The notes under the pieces were generated by a model. That model was not told the origin of the DNA and searched no databases. It was given only the letters and a program-made list of their open reading frames with translations. A DNA stretch of 53,646 bases from IMG/VR virus record IMGVR_UViG_3300046707_000046, positions 1-53,646 of that record; one strand, written 5' to 3'. The DNA is from a virus (Duplodnaviria; Caudoviricetes). Each line of letters begins with the position of its first letter. Position 1 is the first letter of the stretch. The position numbers were made by a program, and so were the translations under genes. Below, piece by piece: positions 1 through 8,964 of this stretch.

Positions 1-127
1 AGCGCCAAAGAGGCCATTACATGGCGTATCCGTGGCGGACTGTCAGACGCCGATTGGGGCAAGCTCACGCTTGGAGTGAGCGCGCCGTCAATTTAGACAC
101 TGCCGGTCGGGCTAGGGGAAATCCTAG
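1..127. repeat. 127-bp terminal direct repeat (identical to 53520-53646); circular assembly overlap
   Basis: Exact match of the window start and end; the AAA ATPase ORF runs across the junction. Confidence 0.97.
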
Positions 128-181
128 CCTGGCCGAGTGTGCCTAAATCTAGCTAGGTACCAAGTGATAAGGAGAGAGTAA

Positions 182-1063
182 ATGAGTGACGAGCATCCCT
201 ATGAAGATGTTAAGGTAGCCAAGACGGGAAGCGGCCGTACATGCTACGTATCGACGTTCTACAGCATGGCGGACTTCGGTGAGGCTGCGCTGAGACGTGC
301 CAAGCGGCCGGACAATGGCGAGCTTTGGGATATCGGCCTAGCGTCGGGTAATGACGACTGGGCAGGCAATGAGTCGCTACAGCGCGTCGCAGAAATGGCC
401 ATGACCAACGGCTGGCACGGCCCACTAGATGAAACTATCGAAGTGGCCGAGGATGCCGTTCGGGCGATGGAAGCCGAGCATGAGATAGACACGTTCACTC
501 CCCGCTACGATGTAGCGGGATCGGATGTTGAAGTCGGACTGTACTGTTCTGGCGATCCTGAGCACATGGTTGATTACCCGCTGGTCAAGACAAGCCGGCT
601 AGGTAAGGTGCTAAGCCTTATCTGCTCAACCGACGCTATGGCTGGCGTAGGTTCTGACGAGTTCATGATGCGCGGGCAAGTGCTAACAGCACTAGCTATC
701 GCACTTGACCGTCTCGGCCATGCTACCGAGTTTTGGGTTGATATGGGCGCACGGTTCCAGGGTGGCGAATACCATTCACGCATCCTGGTCAAGGGCACAA
801 TGGATTCATTGGACCCGGGAATGCTGCTCATGGCCTACTGTCATCCCGGCATGCTGCGACGGTTGCAGTTCGGTTCCGAGGATGGTAACCCGGTTAGTAA
901 CTACGTCAGGAACAATCGTGGCCGTGGCAGTTCGGCTAGCGTGTTCCTTAACGGCCTGCCGGACGGTATGATCATCATACCTAACCCGGCATACGGAGAG
1001 AGCAACGCTCATGACGAGTTGGTCAGGTACCTTCGGCTCATGGGGCTAATAAGAGGCGAGTAG
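182..1063 (+). CDS. VWA-like partner of the AAA ATPase
   Basis: Directly downstream of the ATPase on the circle; YDVAG..V.VG.Y.SG.PE.M, RG..L.AL...L...G and AY.HP.MLRRL.F segments are typical of phage MoxR-associated VWA proteins; SD AAGGAG. Confidence 0.7.
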   Translation: MSDEHPYEDVKVAKTGSGRTCYVSTFYSMADFGEAALRRAKRPDNGELWDIGLASGNDDWAGNESLQRVAEMAMTNGWHGPLDETIEVAEDAVRAMEAEHEIDTFTPRYDVAGSDVEVGLYCSGDPEHMVDYPLVKTSRLGKVLSLICSTDAMAGVGSDEFMMRGQVLTALAIALDRLGHATEFWVDMGARFQGGEYHSRILVKGTMDSLDPGMLLMAYCHPGMLRRLQFGSEDGNPVSNYVRNNRGRGSSASVFLNGLPDGMIIIPNPAYGESNAHDELVRYLRLMGLIRGE

Positions 1064-1157
1064 ACAGACAAGCTAGGGTGAGCTACGGATAACCAACCGT
1101 AGCTCGCTCAGCCTGGCTAGTCAGTGACCAGGGGTAAGGATGAGAGAGGATCAAGAG

Positions 1158-1286
1158 ATGCTGAGGATACTTAGGGCATGGTTCCGTCGTGGCCGTCACG
1201 TCGCGCCGCGCAAGCACGCTGAGGTCATCATCAGGCCGTTGCAGCGTGAGCCGTTCAACGGCAATCCCGGCGGTTCGGGATGGTAG
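1158..1286 (+). CDS. Small basic hypothetical protein (42 aa)
   Basis: SD GAGAGGA; MLRILRAWFRRGRH... Confidence 0.55.
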   Translation: MLRILRAWFRRGRHVAPRKHAEVIIRPLQREPFNGNPGGSGW

Positions 1287-1414
1287 TTGACTTGCGAGCT
1301 AGACTCGCGCTGGACATTCTCTGGCAACTAGCCGCTTGGTGCGCCGAAGCGTTTCAGTGGCTGGCGAATTATTGGATGCTGTTCTTGCTATTCGATATAT
1401 TCGTGGCGCACTAG
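1280..1414 (+). CDS. Small hydrophobic (membrane) protein (44 aa)
   Basis: Overlaps the upstream stop; WLANYWMLFLLFDIFVAH. Confidence 0.45.
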   Translation: MVVDLRARLALDILWQLAAWCAEAFQWLANYWMLFLLFDIFVAH

Positions 1415-1505
1415 CTAGCTAGGCCGTCTTGGTCGGTCACGACGTAAAGTCGTGCCCGGTCATGTATGCCTAGACATGATGGCAGCAAGTGAACGGAGAG
1501 AGATT

Positions 1506-1806
1506 ATGAGCGGAATCAATATCGGCCAGCCAATCGCGGGTAACGAGGATTGGGTGGGGTACCCCGGTTATCGCAATCGCTTACGACCGGCCGGGGCTGA
1601 ACACGAAATACGCTACGGTCCTATTCAGGCTCGGCGAGTTCGGCAGTGATCGCTGGCAGATACGGAGCATCACCCTAGACGGCAAGCGGGAGGTTAACCC
1701 GCTGGTTCTCACAACCGCCAGCATAGACGAAACCTTCAACGGCGCTGAGGTCATCACCGGCGAAACCGCAAGGGAGAGCATTGTGGAGTACGTGGACGAC
1801 TTCTAG
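1506..1806 (+). pseudogene. Early gene frameshifted by the 4-bp duplication TGGG-TGGG (1551-1558)
   Basis: SD+ATG frame stops at 1649; the +1 frame is open 1510-1806 with no usable start; removing 4 bp gives a 98-aa ORF. Confidence 0.6.
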
Positions 1807-1898
1807 ACGAGTTGCATCACTTAGGGCGCTTGGCTAGTCCCTAAGTGGTGTTGCTTGCCTAAAGCAAGTGCTGTGAAAAGCGAGAGGGGAAAAACGCA

Positions 1899-2990
1899 AT
1901 GGAGGAATGCCACAATTGCGGAGCGGCGATCTACTGGGAAGATGCCAGGCAATGCCCCGAGTGCGATGCGTGGCACTGCCTTAAGGCTACGTGTGCCATG
2001 TGGCCTTTTGAATGCTGCAAATCGTGTGCTGCTATTGAGCACAAGCCGATTCCCCCGGCACCCGTTGGGGGTGACGGCGAGCCATCGCCTGGTGACTGGC
2101 CTGATGAGCCAGGCGAGTCTAGCGTCGGCAGTGACGATGGTCCGGTTACCACGCTTACGGACATAGAATTTGATGTCAGTGAGCTAGGCGAGACATCCGA
2201 GGATAACGGCTTGATGCCCGCCGGCGAAGGTGGAGCGGCAGGTCTTGATCTTGGAGACAACGCCAGCGGTGAAATGCACTCGGCTACCGGGGACGAAACC
2301 GGGACCGAGAGTGATGATGCCGAAGGTGATGGGGAATCATCATCGTCACAGGATGGCCAGCCGTCCGAAGACAGTCAGCAGGGCGACTCCGAAGACGACT
2401 ATGACGATGATGAGTCATCGTCGGATGATGATGAGTACGCCGCCGACGAGGAAACCGAATATGACGATGACATAGATAAGCTGTTTGACCAGATAGATAA
2501 GCTGTTTGACCAGCTTGAGTCTGACAGCGACGACAGCAGCAACGACGACAGCGAGACAGAGTCGGAAGATGACGATGAATCCGACGATGGCGACAACGAC
2601 GGTAACGATCCCCAGTTTGCCATGTACTACCAGCCTCACCGGATTAAGCTACCGCCTAAGCCCGAACCTAAGGCCGACGAGGATTCATCGATGAGCGATT
2701 CCGAGGTACCGCCAGAGGTACCCCCGTATGGCGAGTTCGATGATGATGACGAGCCAGCCGGGCCAGACCCGGACGTGCCCGTTATGCGTCCATTCAAGGT
2801 TCATGCCTACTTCGACATGGAAGAAGACGGCATGGCAGAATTTCTGGCAGATCAGGGCTTGCCTCCCATGCTGGTCGATTCCATCATAGAAGATGGCAAA
2901 TTCGGCAGGCATGGGGAAGTTACCCTAACCTGTCTCATTGATGCCAAGACGAGAGAGATAGTCGTAATCGACTGTGATTACCTGGATTGA
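1899..2990 (+). CDS. Very acidic protein with N-terminal Cys-rich Zn finger
   Basis: Four CxxC/Cx4C pairs, long D/E/S tract, SD GAGAGGGG; internal 21-bp tandem duplication 2472-2513 (IDKLFDQ x2). Confidence 0.85.
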   Translation: MEECHNCGAAIYWEDARQCPECDAWHCLKATCAMWPFECCKSCAAIEHKPIPPAPVGGDGEPSPGDWPDEPGESSVGSDDGPVTTLTDIEFDVSELGETSEDNGLMPAGEGGAAGLDLGDNASGEMHSATGDETGTESDDAEGDGESSSSQDGQPSEDSQQGDSEDDYDDDESSSDDDEYAADEETEYDDDIDKLFDQIDKLFDQLESDSDDSSNDDSETESEDDDESDDGDNDGNDPQFAMYYQPHRIKLPPKPEPKADEDSSMSDSEVPPEVPPYGEFDDDDEPAGPDPDVPVMRPFKVHAYFDMEEDGMAEFLADQGLPPMLVDSIIEDGKFGRHGEVTLTCLIDAKTREIVVIDCDYLD

Positions 2991-3088
2991 CCCGGTAAGG
3001 TCGGGCTTAGCATGACTAAGCCCGGTCTGGTCTGACCAATCCAACCAATCTGACTGACCAATCCGACCGACAACAAGGGAGAGTTAAC

Positions 3089-3293
3089 GTGGAGATACCC
3101 AAGTGGCTAGACCGGCTCAACCGTCACGTGTGCGGCAGGCAGCAAGATGCCGCAAGACGGCTCTATGCCTGATGAGTTCTGCACTCTGCCCCGCCGCCAC
3201 ATGGCGCAAGCCAGGCAGCATGTGAGCCCAGATTTCAGGTGGCCGCTAGCTCGCCAGGGTGCGATGCGCAACGACCGGTCGCAGACCTGCTAG
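3089..3293 (+). pseudogene. Small Cys/His protein frameshifted by the 4-bp duplication GGCA-GGCA (3134-3141)
   Basis: SD AAGGGAG+GTG frame stops at 3172; removing 4 bp gives 66 aa with a CG...FCTLPRRH...H...W motif. Confidence 0.6.
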
Positions 3294-3389
3294 CCAAGTT
3301 CAGCAGGGCTTGACGCCAGGTTTCGTGTCCGCTACGTTGGGCAGGTACGTACCCAGTCAAGCCAGTCGATCGAGAGAAGGAGCAAGGGC

Positions 3390-3764
3390 ATGACAACCAC
3401 TAAGCCAGCGGCAGACCAGGAAGTGCTGCTGATCGGCCGTGAGGATGACCAGGAGCCAGTCAACAGCGAAGACCAGGGCAGGCCGTTCGGAATGGCACTG
3501 CTGCACGCCGCGCTTGACGGCGACGTGCTCACTCTGTACGACCTGCTCATTGAACAGACCGACGATGACGTGCTCGGCGGCCTGACTCAGGCGATCGTCA
3601 TCCTCAACTCGGCGTGCCACGCGGCTTGCGACCATCGGGGACTGGATCACCGGGAACTGAGCATCAAGGCCGCTCAGCACTACGGAGAGGGCGTGCTGCG
3701 GCTGTTCGTCAAGTTCGCGGCCGAGGCCGAGACTGAGCAGCAGCCGGCACCAGACGAGCTTTAA
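3390..3764 (+). CDS. Hypothetical acidic helical protein
   Basis: SD AAGGAG, GC3-biased codons; resembles the next ORF (G.ALL.A.L.GD...L.D.L). Confidence 0.8.
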   Translation: MTTTKPAADQEVLLIGREDDQEPVNSEDQGRPFGMALLHAALDGDVLTLYDLLIEQTDDDVLGGLTQAIVILNSACHAACDHRGLDHRELSIKAAQHYGEGVLRLFVKFAAEAETEQQPAPDEL

Positions 3765-3841
3765 CCGTCTTGGTTAGACAGGGCCACGTTCCCTGTTTAG
3801 CCAAGCTGGCTAAAGGTTAGCTAGCAGAACGGAGAGAGGCA

Positions 3842-4189
3842 ATGGCAAACGATTGCGGCGGAAACCACGAAGGTCCGTGCGAGACGATCGGTGATGCACT
3901 TCTGCGGGCATGCCTTACCGGAGACAAGCGGCTGCTGTTCGACGTTCTGAGCACCTTCGAGACCGAGGAACTGCCAGCACTAGCGGAAGCCGCCGTGCTG
4001 TTCGCTTCGGGCGTGATGGCCATGATGGACGTTCGATCGGACGGCCCGGTCACGACGGCAATCCGGGCAGGCGCTGACCCGGCACTGGGCGAGCTTATCA
4101 AGTCGCTGGAAGACCTGGCAGGCGACGACCCGGCTATCGCCGGACTGCTCACGCTGCTCGCCGGGAACGATGACCCCGAAGGTTCTTAA
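3842..4189 (+). CDS. Hypothetical acidic protein, probable paralog of 3390-3764
   Basis: GDALLRACLTGDKRLLFDVL vs GMALLHAALDGDVLTLYDLL. Confidence 0.8.
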   Translation: MANDCGGNHEGPCETIGDALLRACLTGDKRLLFDVLSTFETEELPALAEAAVLFASGVMAMMDVRSDGPVTTAIRAGADPALGELIKSLEDLAGDDPAIAGLLTLLAGNDDPEGS

Positions 4190-4263
4190 CCGGCCTGGTC
4201 ATGCTAGGGGCAACTCTAGCCTGGCCAAGTCAGCTAAGAAAACGAAGGGAGAGTCAGGGAAAA

Positions 4264-4455
4264 ATGGAGTTGACCGGGCCTAACCTCAAGTACAAGTACC
4301 GGGCACACAAGCCCCGGTCCCGGTATAAGGCCGACTACATGGGCAACAGCGGCAAGAAGCGGGCAAAGCACGTTCTGCTGCCAATGGTGCCCGGCATCAA
4401 GATCAAGACCATCATCCGTCGCTACGTGACCCTAAAGGGGAAGGGAAAGAAGTAA
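4264..4455 (+). CDS. Small Lys/Arg-rich protein
   Basis: ATG after a purine-rich SD; MELTGPNLKYKYR... Confidence 0.7.
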   Translation: MELTGPNLKYKYRAHKPRSRYKADYMGNSGKKRAKHVLLPMVPGIKIKTIIRRYVTLKGKGKK

Positions 4456-4456
4456 C

Positions 4457-4723
4457 ATGGCAGCACCAAGAGCGCTAGCCAAGAAAAAGGCCAACTCGGA
4501 GCCGAGACTCCGCAAGCCCGACGCCGGGCCTGGTCGCTTCTCTGCCCGTACCCTTACCGATCCGCTTACGGGCATGGGGCTACGCAAGTCCAAGCTACGG
4601 GGCAGGCTGCACAGACTGGCCTGCCGGGTAGCGGCTAAGCCCCCCACCAAGAAGACGGCTGACGGCGATTTCAAGCATTACACGTACGCAACGCCGGGCA
4701 GCCTGAACGTCAGGGCACGCTGA
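4457..4723 (+). CDS. Small basic protein
   Basis: Abuts the upstream stop. Confidence 0.7.
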   Translation: MAAPRALAKKKANSEPRLRKPDAGPGRFSARTLTDPLTGMGLRKSKLRGRLHRLACRVAAKPPTKKTADGDFKHYTYATPGSLNVRAR

Positions 4724-4815
4724 TCTAGCAGACCGCTTGACACTCGTAACTAGCCCCTGTAGGTTACGAGTGTCGGGCAGCCCGCTAGAGCGGGAACCAA
4801 GATAGGAGCACCAAA

Positions 4816-5085
4816 ATGGACAAGACGACCGAGCAGGGAATCACGCCGACGCCGGCTACCAACACCTTCGGCCACGCCTACGGCGACTGGGTGCAGACCG
4901 ACACGGCAGCCGACTCGCTGGATGAGTTTATCGCCGGGGCGCTGGGAATCCCGGCTGAGCACGTCGGCGTCATCGCCCTGGTCATGATCGACGCCGTAGA
5001 CCCCAGCGAGGTCTACATCCTCGGCAACGTTCCGGCCGAAGACATCCCGCTGGTACTCGCTCAGGGGCTGCTCATGACGACCTGA
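4816..5085 (+). CDS. Hypothetical acidic protein
   Basis: SD AGGAG. Confidence 0.8.
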   Translation: MDKTTEQGITPTPATNTFGHAYGDWVQTDTAADSLDEFIAGALGIPAEHVGVIALVMIDAVDPSEVYILGNVPAEDIPLVLAQGLLMTT

Positions 5086-5175
5086 CGGACCTAGTTGGCC
5101 AGGGCCTAGCCTCCCTGGCCTTCTAAGCCCTGCCAGACCGATCAAGAGCAGGTAGCCAAGAGAGAGGGCATCAAG

Positions 5176-5592
5176 ATGCCAGAGAACAACGAGCTTGCCG
5201 GCAAGATCAGGGAGTACACCACCCGTGCGATGGCCACCCCTGGCCAGATCGTGGAGGAAAACTCCCTGCCGATCGCCGACGTGCTGCCGTCAGCGGCGAT
5301 GCTGCTCGGCCAGGAGCCGGATGAGCTTGATGGCTTCCTGATCATCGGCTTCCGCAAGGACGGGTCAACCCTGATGGGCGGGAACGTGGACCCGATCGGG
5401 ACCGCCGCGCTGCTGATCGAACTGGGACTTTCGATGGACCCGGAGCTTATGAGCCGGGTGCAGGGAGATGTCATGAAGTCCCTGTTCGGCAGCATGCTGG
5501 GCGACCTTGGCCCGTGTGACGACCCGACGTGTTCCGTCTGCCACGCGGACACCGCAGACGATCAGGGCGAGACGGTCACCCCGGCCAGCTAG
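5176..5592 (+). CDS. Hypothetical acidic protein with C-terminal CDDPTCSVCH motif
   Basis: SD GAGAGGG; GC3 bias. Confidence 0.8.
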   Translation: MPENNELAGKIREYTTRAMATPGQIVEENSLPIADVLPSAAMLLGQEPDELDGFLIIGFRKDGSTLMGGNVDPIGTAALLIELGLSMDPELMSRVQGDVMKSLFGSMLGDLGPCDDPTCSVCHADTADDQGETVTPAS

Positions 5593-5683
5593 ACCGGCCA
5601 GGTGGGCTAAGGGCTTAAGATCGGTCCTTAGCTCGCCTAGCCTGGCTAGACCAGGAAGGGTAAAAGGGAGAGGCAGACAGGCA

Positions 5684-6361
5684 ATGGAACCCATTCAATT
5701 TGAGGCTTGGCAGAAAATCGGCCGCTACCGGCGCAACTCGGTGGTATCCGAGAAGATCGACGGCATGAACGCCGCTGTTGGTGTCGTGGAGATCGAGCGC
5801 AGCCCCAACGGGGCGCTGCCGTTCGGCTGGGATCGCCAGCCTGCTACCCTGATCGTGACGGGGAACGGTGCGGAGACCCGCACCTTCCTGGTCTACGCTC
5901 AGTCTCGCACCAGGATCATCACCCCCGAGGCCGACAACTTCGGCTTTGCCAGGTGGGCCTACGAGAATGCGGAGACCCTGGCCGCTGACCTCGGGCCGGG
6001 CCTGCACTTCGGGGAATGGTGGGGACACGGCATCCAGCGGGGTTACGGCCAGACCGCTAAGCGGCTTAGCCTGTTCAACACGAGCAGGTGGGCCGGCAAC
6101 GAGTTCGTCACTCCGAACCTGGGCGTTGTCCCGGTCATCGGGCACGGCGCACTCTGTGACGAGCTTGTGGAAGGCAGTATCGGCCTGCTTCGCAAGCACG
6201 GATCGGTGGCCGCACCGGGGTTCATGAACCCGGAGGGCATCGTCATCTTCCACCTTGCGACGCACCACTGTTACAAGGTCACCATTGCCGGCGACGATTC
6301 GCCCAAGTCGCTCGGCCAGCACGCGGATAAGCCCAAGTTCCGCCTCGTGGACAGTGCCTAG
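5684..6361 (+). CDS. RNA ligase (Rnl2-like nucleotidyltransferase, phage type)
   Basis: Motif I EKIDG.N, QSR.R.ITP..DN.GFA.W, HFGEWWG.GIQR.Y, PEGIV. Confidence 0.85.
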   Translation: MEPIQFEAWQKIGRYRRNSVVSEKIDGMNAAVGVVEIERSPNGALPFGWDRQPATLIVTGNGAETRTFLVYAQSRTRIITPEADNFGFARWAYENAETLAADLGPGLHFGEWWGHGIQRGYGQTAKRLSLFNTSRWAGNEFVTPNLGVVPVIGHGALCDELVEGSIGLLRKHGSVAAPGFMNPEGIVIFHLATHHCYKVTIAGDDSPKSLGQHADKPKFRLVDSA

Positions 6362-6548
6362 TCTCGGCGGTAACGTCCGCTTCCCGATCACCCGGTATGT
6401 AGTCGAAAGCCGGGACGGGGACACGGGCGAGCCCTGCGAGACCTACGATGAGGCCCGTACGGTGGCATCCGACGAGGGCGGCCGGGTGCTGGGACTGGTC
6501 TACATCTTCAGTCACACGGAAGTAGTTGACGACTTCACCCGTCACTAG
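6354..6548 (+). CDS. Hypothetical protein
   Basis: GTG overlapping the ligase stop. Confidence 0.6.
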   Translation: MPSLGGNVRFPITRYVVESRDGDTGEPCETYDEARTVASDEGGRVLGLVYIFSHTEVVDDFTRH

Positions 6549-6641
6549 GTAGGATGATTCTCCTGGGAGTCAGCTTAGTCCCCAGGAGAGTCACCCCAGC
6601 TAGAAGGGGTAAAATCGAACAAAAAACTACAGGGAGTAATC

Positions 6642-6782
6642 ATGGAAAGAACGCACGCGGAGCTTGATGCCGAGCTAGTGACACGTCGTGTCAGCCGGGA
6701 GTGCGACACCGGTCAGTCACATAGGACCGGGCGAGGGTTGGACTGCGAGAACACGATGTGCCAGTGCTGGTGTCACGAGTAG
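6642..6782 (+). CDS. Small Zn-binding protein (C...H...CENTMCQCWCH)
   Basis: SD AGGGAG; 46 aa. Confidence 0.65.
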   Translation: MERTHAELDAELVTRRVSRECDTGQSHRTGRGLDCENTMCQCWCHE

Positions 6783-6793
6783 GGGTCAAAACG

Positions 6794-6892
6794 ATGCCTA
6801 GTTGGTGGGTGTGCTTAAGATGCGGACACAGGAACAAGCACAGCATGGAGGTCTGCACGAACTGTGGTCAGCCCCCGAATGCAGGTGCATAG
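6794..6892 (+). CDS. 32-aa RanBP2-type zinc-finger microprotein
   Basis: MPSWWVCLRCGHRNKHSMEVCTNCGQPPNAGA fits W-x-C-x2-C-x3-N-x6-C-x2-C; SD-like AGGGG. Confidence 0.65.
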   Translation: MPSWWVCLRCGHRNKHSMEVCTNCGQPPNAGA

Positions 6893-7089
6893 GACAGGAC
6901 GGACGACCGAAGGTGCGATACTACAGTCGGGAAGACGCCAGGATGGCCCGTAAGGCGATGAGAGGGCGGGGGGCATACCCAGGTCACCCCCTGAGAGCCT
7001 ACCGCTGCCCTGGCCATCCTGGGCTGTTCCACATAACATCCAACACAACCGATTCGGTTACCTGGTACAGAGAGAGAGGGTTGTCATGA
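6820..7089 (+). CDS. Small Zn-finger-like protein (KVRY.S...A...LRAYRCP....FHITS); start uncertain
   Basis: Motif common in actinophage small proteins. Confidence 0.6.
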   Translation: MRTQEQAQHGGLHELWSAPECRCIGQDGRPKVRYYSREDARMARKAMRGRGAYPGHPLRAYRCPGHPGLFHITSNTTDSVTWYRERGLS

Positions 7090-7346
7090 CCGCTGAGTAC
7101 GTATACCGCGTTACCTCGGAGCCCCCGCCAGGGGGAACCGCGCATCGCACTCGAAGGCTTAAGCGGACGCTTAAGACCCGGAACGCCATCGTCCAGATTC
7201 TGGCGGCCAATGAGAAGTACGGCCCGGAGTCAGCTACTAGCTGGCGACGGCCCCGGCTTGATCGCCGGGAGGTTATCACCATCGAGCGGGCACTAGTTAC
7301 CGGGTGGGAAGTAATCGACCCGAGCCAGCTTAAGGAGAGGCCATGA
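7086..7346 (+). CDS. Hypothetical protein
   Basis: ATGA coupling, SD GAGAGGG. Confidence 0.7.
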   Translation: MTAEYVYRVTSEPPPGGTAHRTRRLKRTLKTRNAIVQILAANEKYGPESATSWRRPRLDRREVITIERALVTGWEVIDPSQLKERP

Positions 7347-7828
7347 AGTACACCGAGATAGCGCCGGACTACTTCGACATGGAGCCTAAGCTCCCTGCCC
7401 TTAGGCTAAGGGCGATCCTGCGGCCCTACCGGACTATCCGGTCGCTACAGCGGGCCAACTGCAATCAGGTCAGGATGCTGGATGACCAGAGGCGCACCGT
7501 TGCGGGTTACCGTCGCAACTTCGACACGGCGGTCAAGACAATGCGAGACTCCGAGCTAAGGGTATCCGAGCTTGGGGCTGAGCTACAGGCAGAACGCCAG
7601 GCAACCGAAGACCTGGCCGCGCACGCGGCCGGGATGCGGGAGCAAATCTGCAACCAGAAGGCCATCATCAAGCTACTGCACGCTAACGACGGGGAGGGCT
7701 ATTCGGCCGGTCTTCATCAGGGCCACCATGACGCCATGAACGACATGCTCGGCCCTTGTCCCGAGTGCGGATCATCAGCCCCGTTGTGGCCACACGACGG
7801 GGATTGCCCAAATAGCAGGAGAGGCTAG
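7343..7828 (+). CDS. Coiled-coil protein with C-terminal CPEC...H..DC
   Basis: SD AAGGAG; heptad-rich middle. Confidence 0.75.
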   Translation: MKYTEIAPDYFDMEPKLPALRLRAILRPYRTIRSLQRANCNQVRMLDDQRRTVAGYRRNFDTAVKTMRDSELRVSELGAELQAERQATEDLAAHAAGMREQICNQKAIIKLLHANDGEGYSAGLHQGHHDAMNDMLGPCPECGSSAPLWPHDGDCPNSRRG

Positions 7829-7831
7829 GCC

Positions 7832-8173
7832 ATGAACCGAAAGATCACGGCAGCAGTAGCTGCTACCGTTCTGCTGATTGCAGGGTGCGGTACGGTTACC
7901 GCCAGCCCTGCCCACGCAACCATCACGAGCAGACCGCCAGCCGTAACGTGCCAGGGATCGGCGGTCACCCAGTACACGGCAACCGGGCACTGGTCGATGC
8001 ACACGTTCCTGCGGCGGCATCACAGCGACGTGTCAACCATGCTCGACTACACCATTCACTGTGCCAGGGGCTGGCCTCCCGGCTTCGCTGCCTACCTGAA
8101 CAAGCAGAACTGGCGGCTGTTCGTGCCCGCCGGCGTGAAGTTCTGGGATATACAGCCGCCGCCATCGTCCTAA
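7832..8173 (+). CDS. Putative lipoprotein, possibly with a degenerate LysM-like domain
   Basis: Signal peptide with lipobox LIAGC. Confidence 0.65.
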   Translation: MNRKITAAVAATVLLIAGCGTVTASPAHATITSRPPAVTCQGSAVTQYTATGHWSMHTFLRRHHSDVSTMLDYTIHCARGWPPGFAAYLNKQNWRLFVPAGVKFWDIQPPPSS

Positions 8174-8263
8174 CAGATTTAGCCGGCCCCGTCTGGTATT
8201 GACGGGGCTGGCCATGTCGGCTAGGATAAAGGCAACCAAGCAAGCGAAAGGGGAGTATGGACG

Positions 8264-8467
8264 ATGAGGGAGATAACGCGGGAGACCTTCCGCGATGACA
8301 AAGACCCGGAAGGCAACTGGCGGGAAGGCACCGCTAAGGCTCAAGCCGAGCTTACCCGTAAGATCGTGATGGCAAGAGCCAAAAGGCAGTTCGAGAAGGG
8401 CACCTTCAAGGTGCAGGTCAAGCGCATGTCACCACACGTGTATGCGGTCATCCTCTGGGAAAAGTGA
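8264..8467 (+). CDS. Hypothetical protein
   Basis: SD GGGGAG. Confidence 0.7.
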   Translation: MREITRETFRDDKDPEGNWREGTAKAQAELTRKIVMARAKRQFEKGTFKVQVKRMSPHVYAVILWEK

Positions 8468-8477
8468 GGTAAGCCAG

Positions 8478-8756
8478 ATGGTGCTTAAGAAGATCAAGGG
8501 CCGCTACGCAAGCGGCGGGGTCTACAAGGGCGGCGAGATTGATCCGGTCAAGGTCAACACCGAAATCGCCAAGCAGCAAAAGAAGCACGACCAGGACGTG
8601 CAGAAGCGTGCCATGAAGGAAGCTGCGGCTAAGGGTGACGAGGTTATCGCCCTGGCCAGGAAGCACCACCCAGGCGACGCTAAGGCACTCGCCGGGGCCA
8701 AGAAGATCAAGGCCGGCATGATCAGGCAGGCCAAGAGAAACAACCCGATCAAGTAA
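8478..8756 (+). CDS. Lys/Ala-rich basic protein
   Basis: SD GAGGT; MVLKKIKG... Confidence 0.7.
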   Translation: MVLKKIKGRYASGGVYKGGEIDPVKVNTEIAKQQKKHDQDVQKRAMKEAAAKGDEVIALARKHHPGDAKALAGAKKIKAGMIRQAKRNNPIK

Positions 8757-8917
8757 TGGGCTGGCCTAAGGGCAAGAAGCGTCCCAAGGGATTCGGGGCG
8801 ACGGTGAGCAAGGGCCTGAAGCAGTGTAAGTGCAGCGTCCTGGCACTTCCCTGCCGGCTTTGCAGGCATTGCGCCAAGAATCGCGGGCGCGGGTGCTTGT
8901 GCAAGGGTGACAAGTAA
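8756..8917 (+). CDS. Small basic Cys-rich protein (53 aa)
   Basis: TAATG coupling; MGWPKGKKRPK...CKC...CRLCRHC...CLC. Confidence 0.6.
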   Translation: MGWPKGKKRPKGFGATVSKGLKQCKCSVLALPCRLCRHCAKNRGRGCLCKGDK

Positions 8918-8924
8918 GAGAGAC

Positions 8925-8958
8925 AGGCCCCCGCCCTAACCCGGCGGGGGTCTTTTTT
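8925..8958 (+). terminator. Intrinsic terminator at the convergence of the two arms
   Basis: AGGCCCCCGCC-loop-GGCGGGGGTCT followed by a T-run. Confidence 0.85.
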
Positions 8959-8964
8959 GCGTTG

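Noticed and set aside
1-127. Biological terminal repeat
   Set aside because: The length equals a common assembler k-mer (127) and it falls inside a gene, so it is best read as a circular overlap
2472-2513. 21-bp tandem repeat as a regulatory element
   Set aside because: It is an in-frame coding duplication within a low-complexity protein
6879-6910. Fourth 4-bp-duplication frameshift (GGAC-GGAC) from ATG 6879
   Set aside because: The existing frame already reads plausibly (CIGQDGRPKVRY), so the case is ambiguous
92-8263. CRISPR array or integron attC cassette array
   Set aside because: The spacers share fold but not sequence, lack GTTRRRY ends, and there is no Cas1 or integrase
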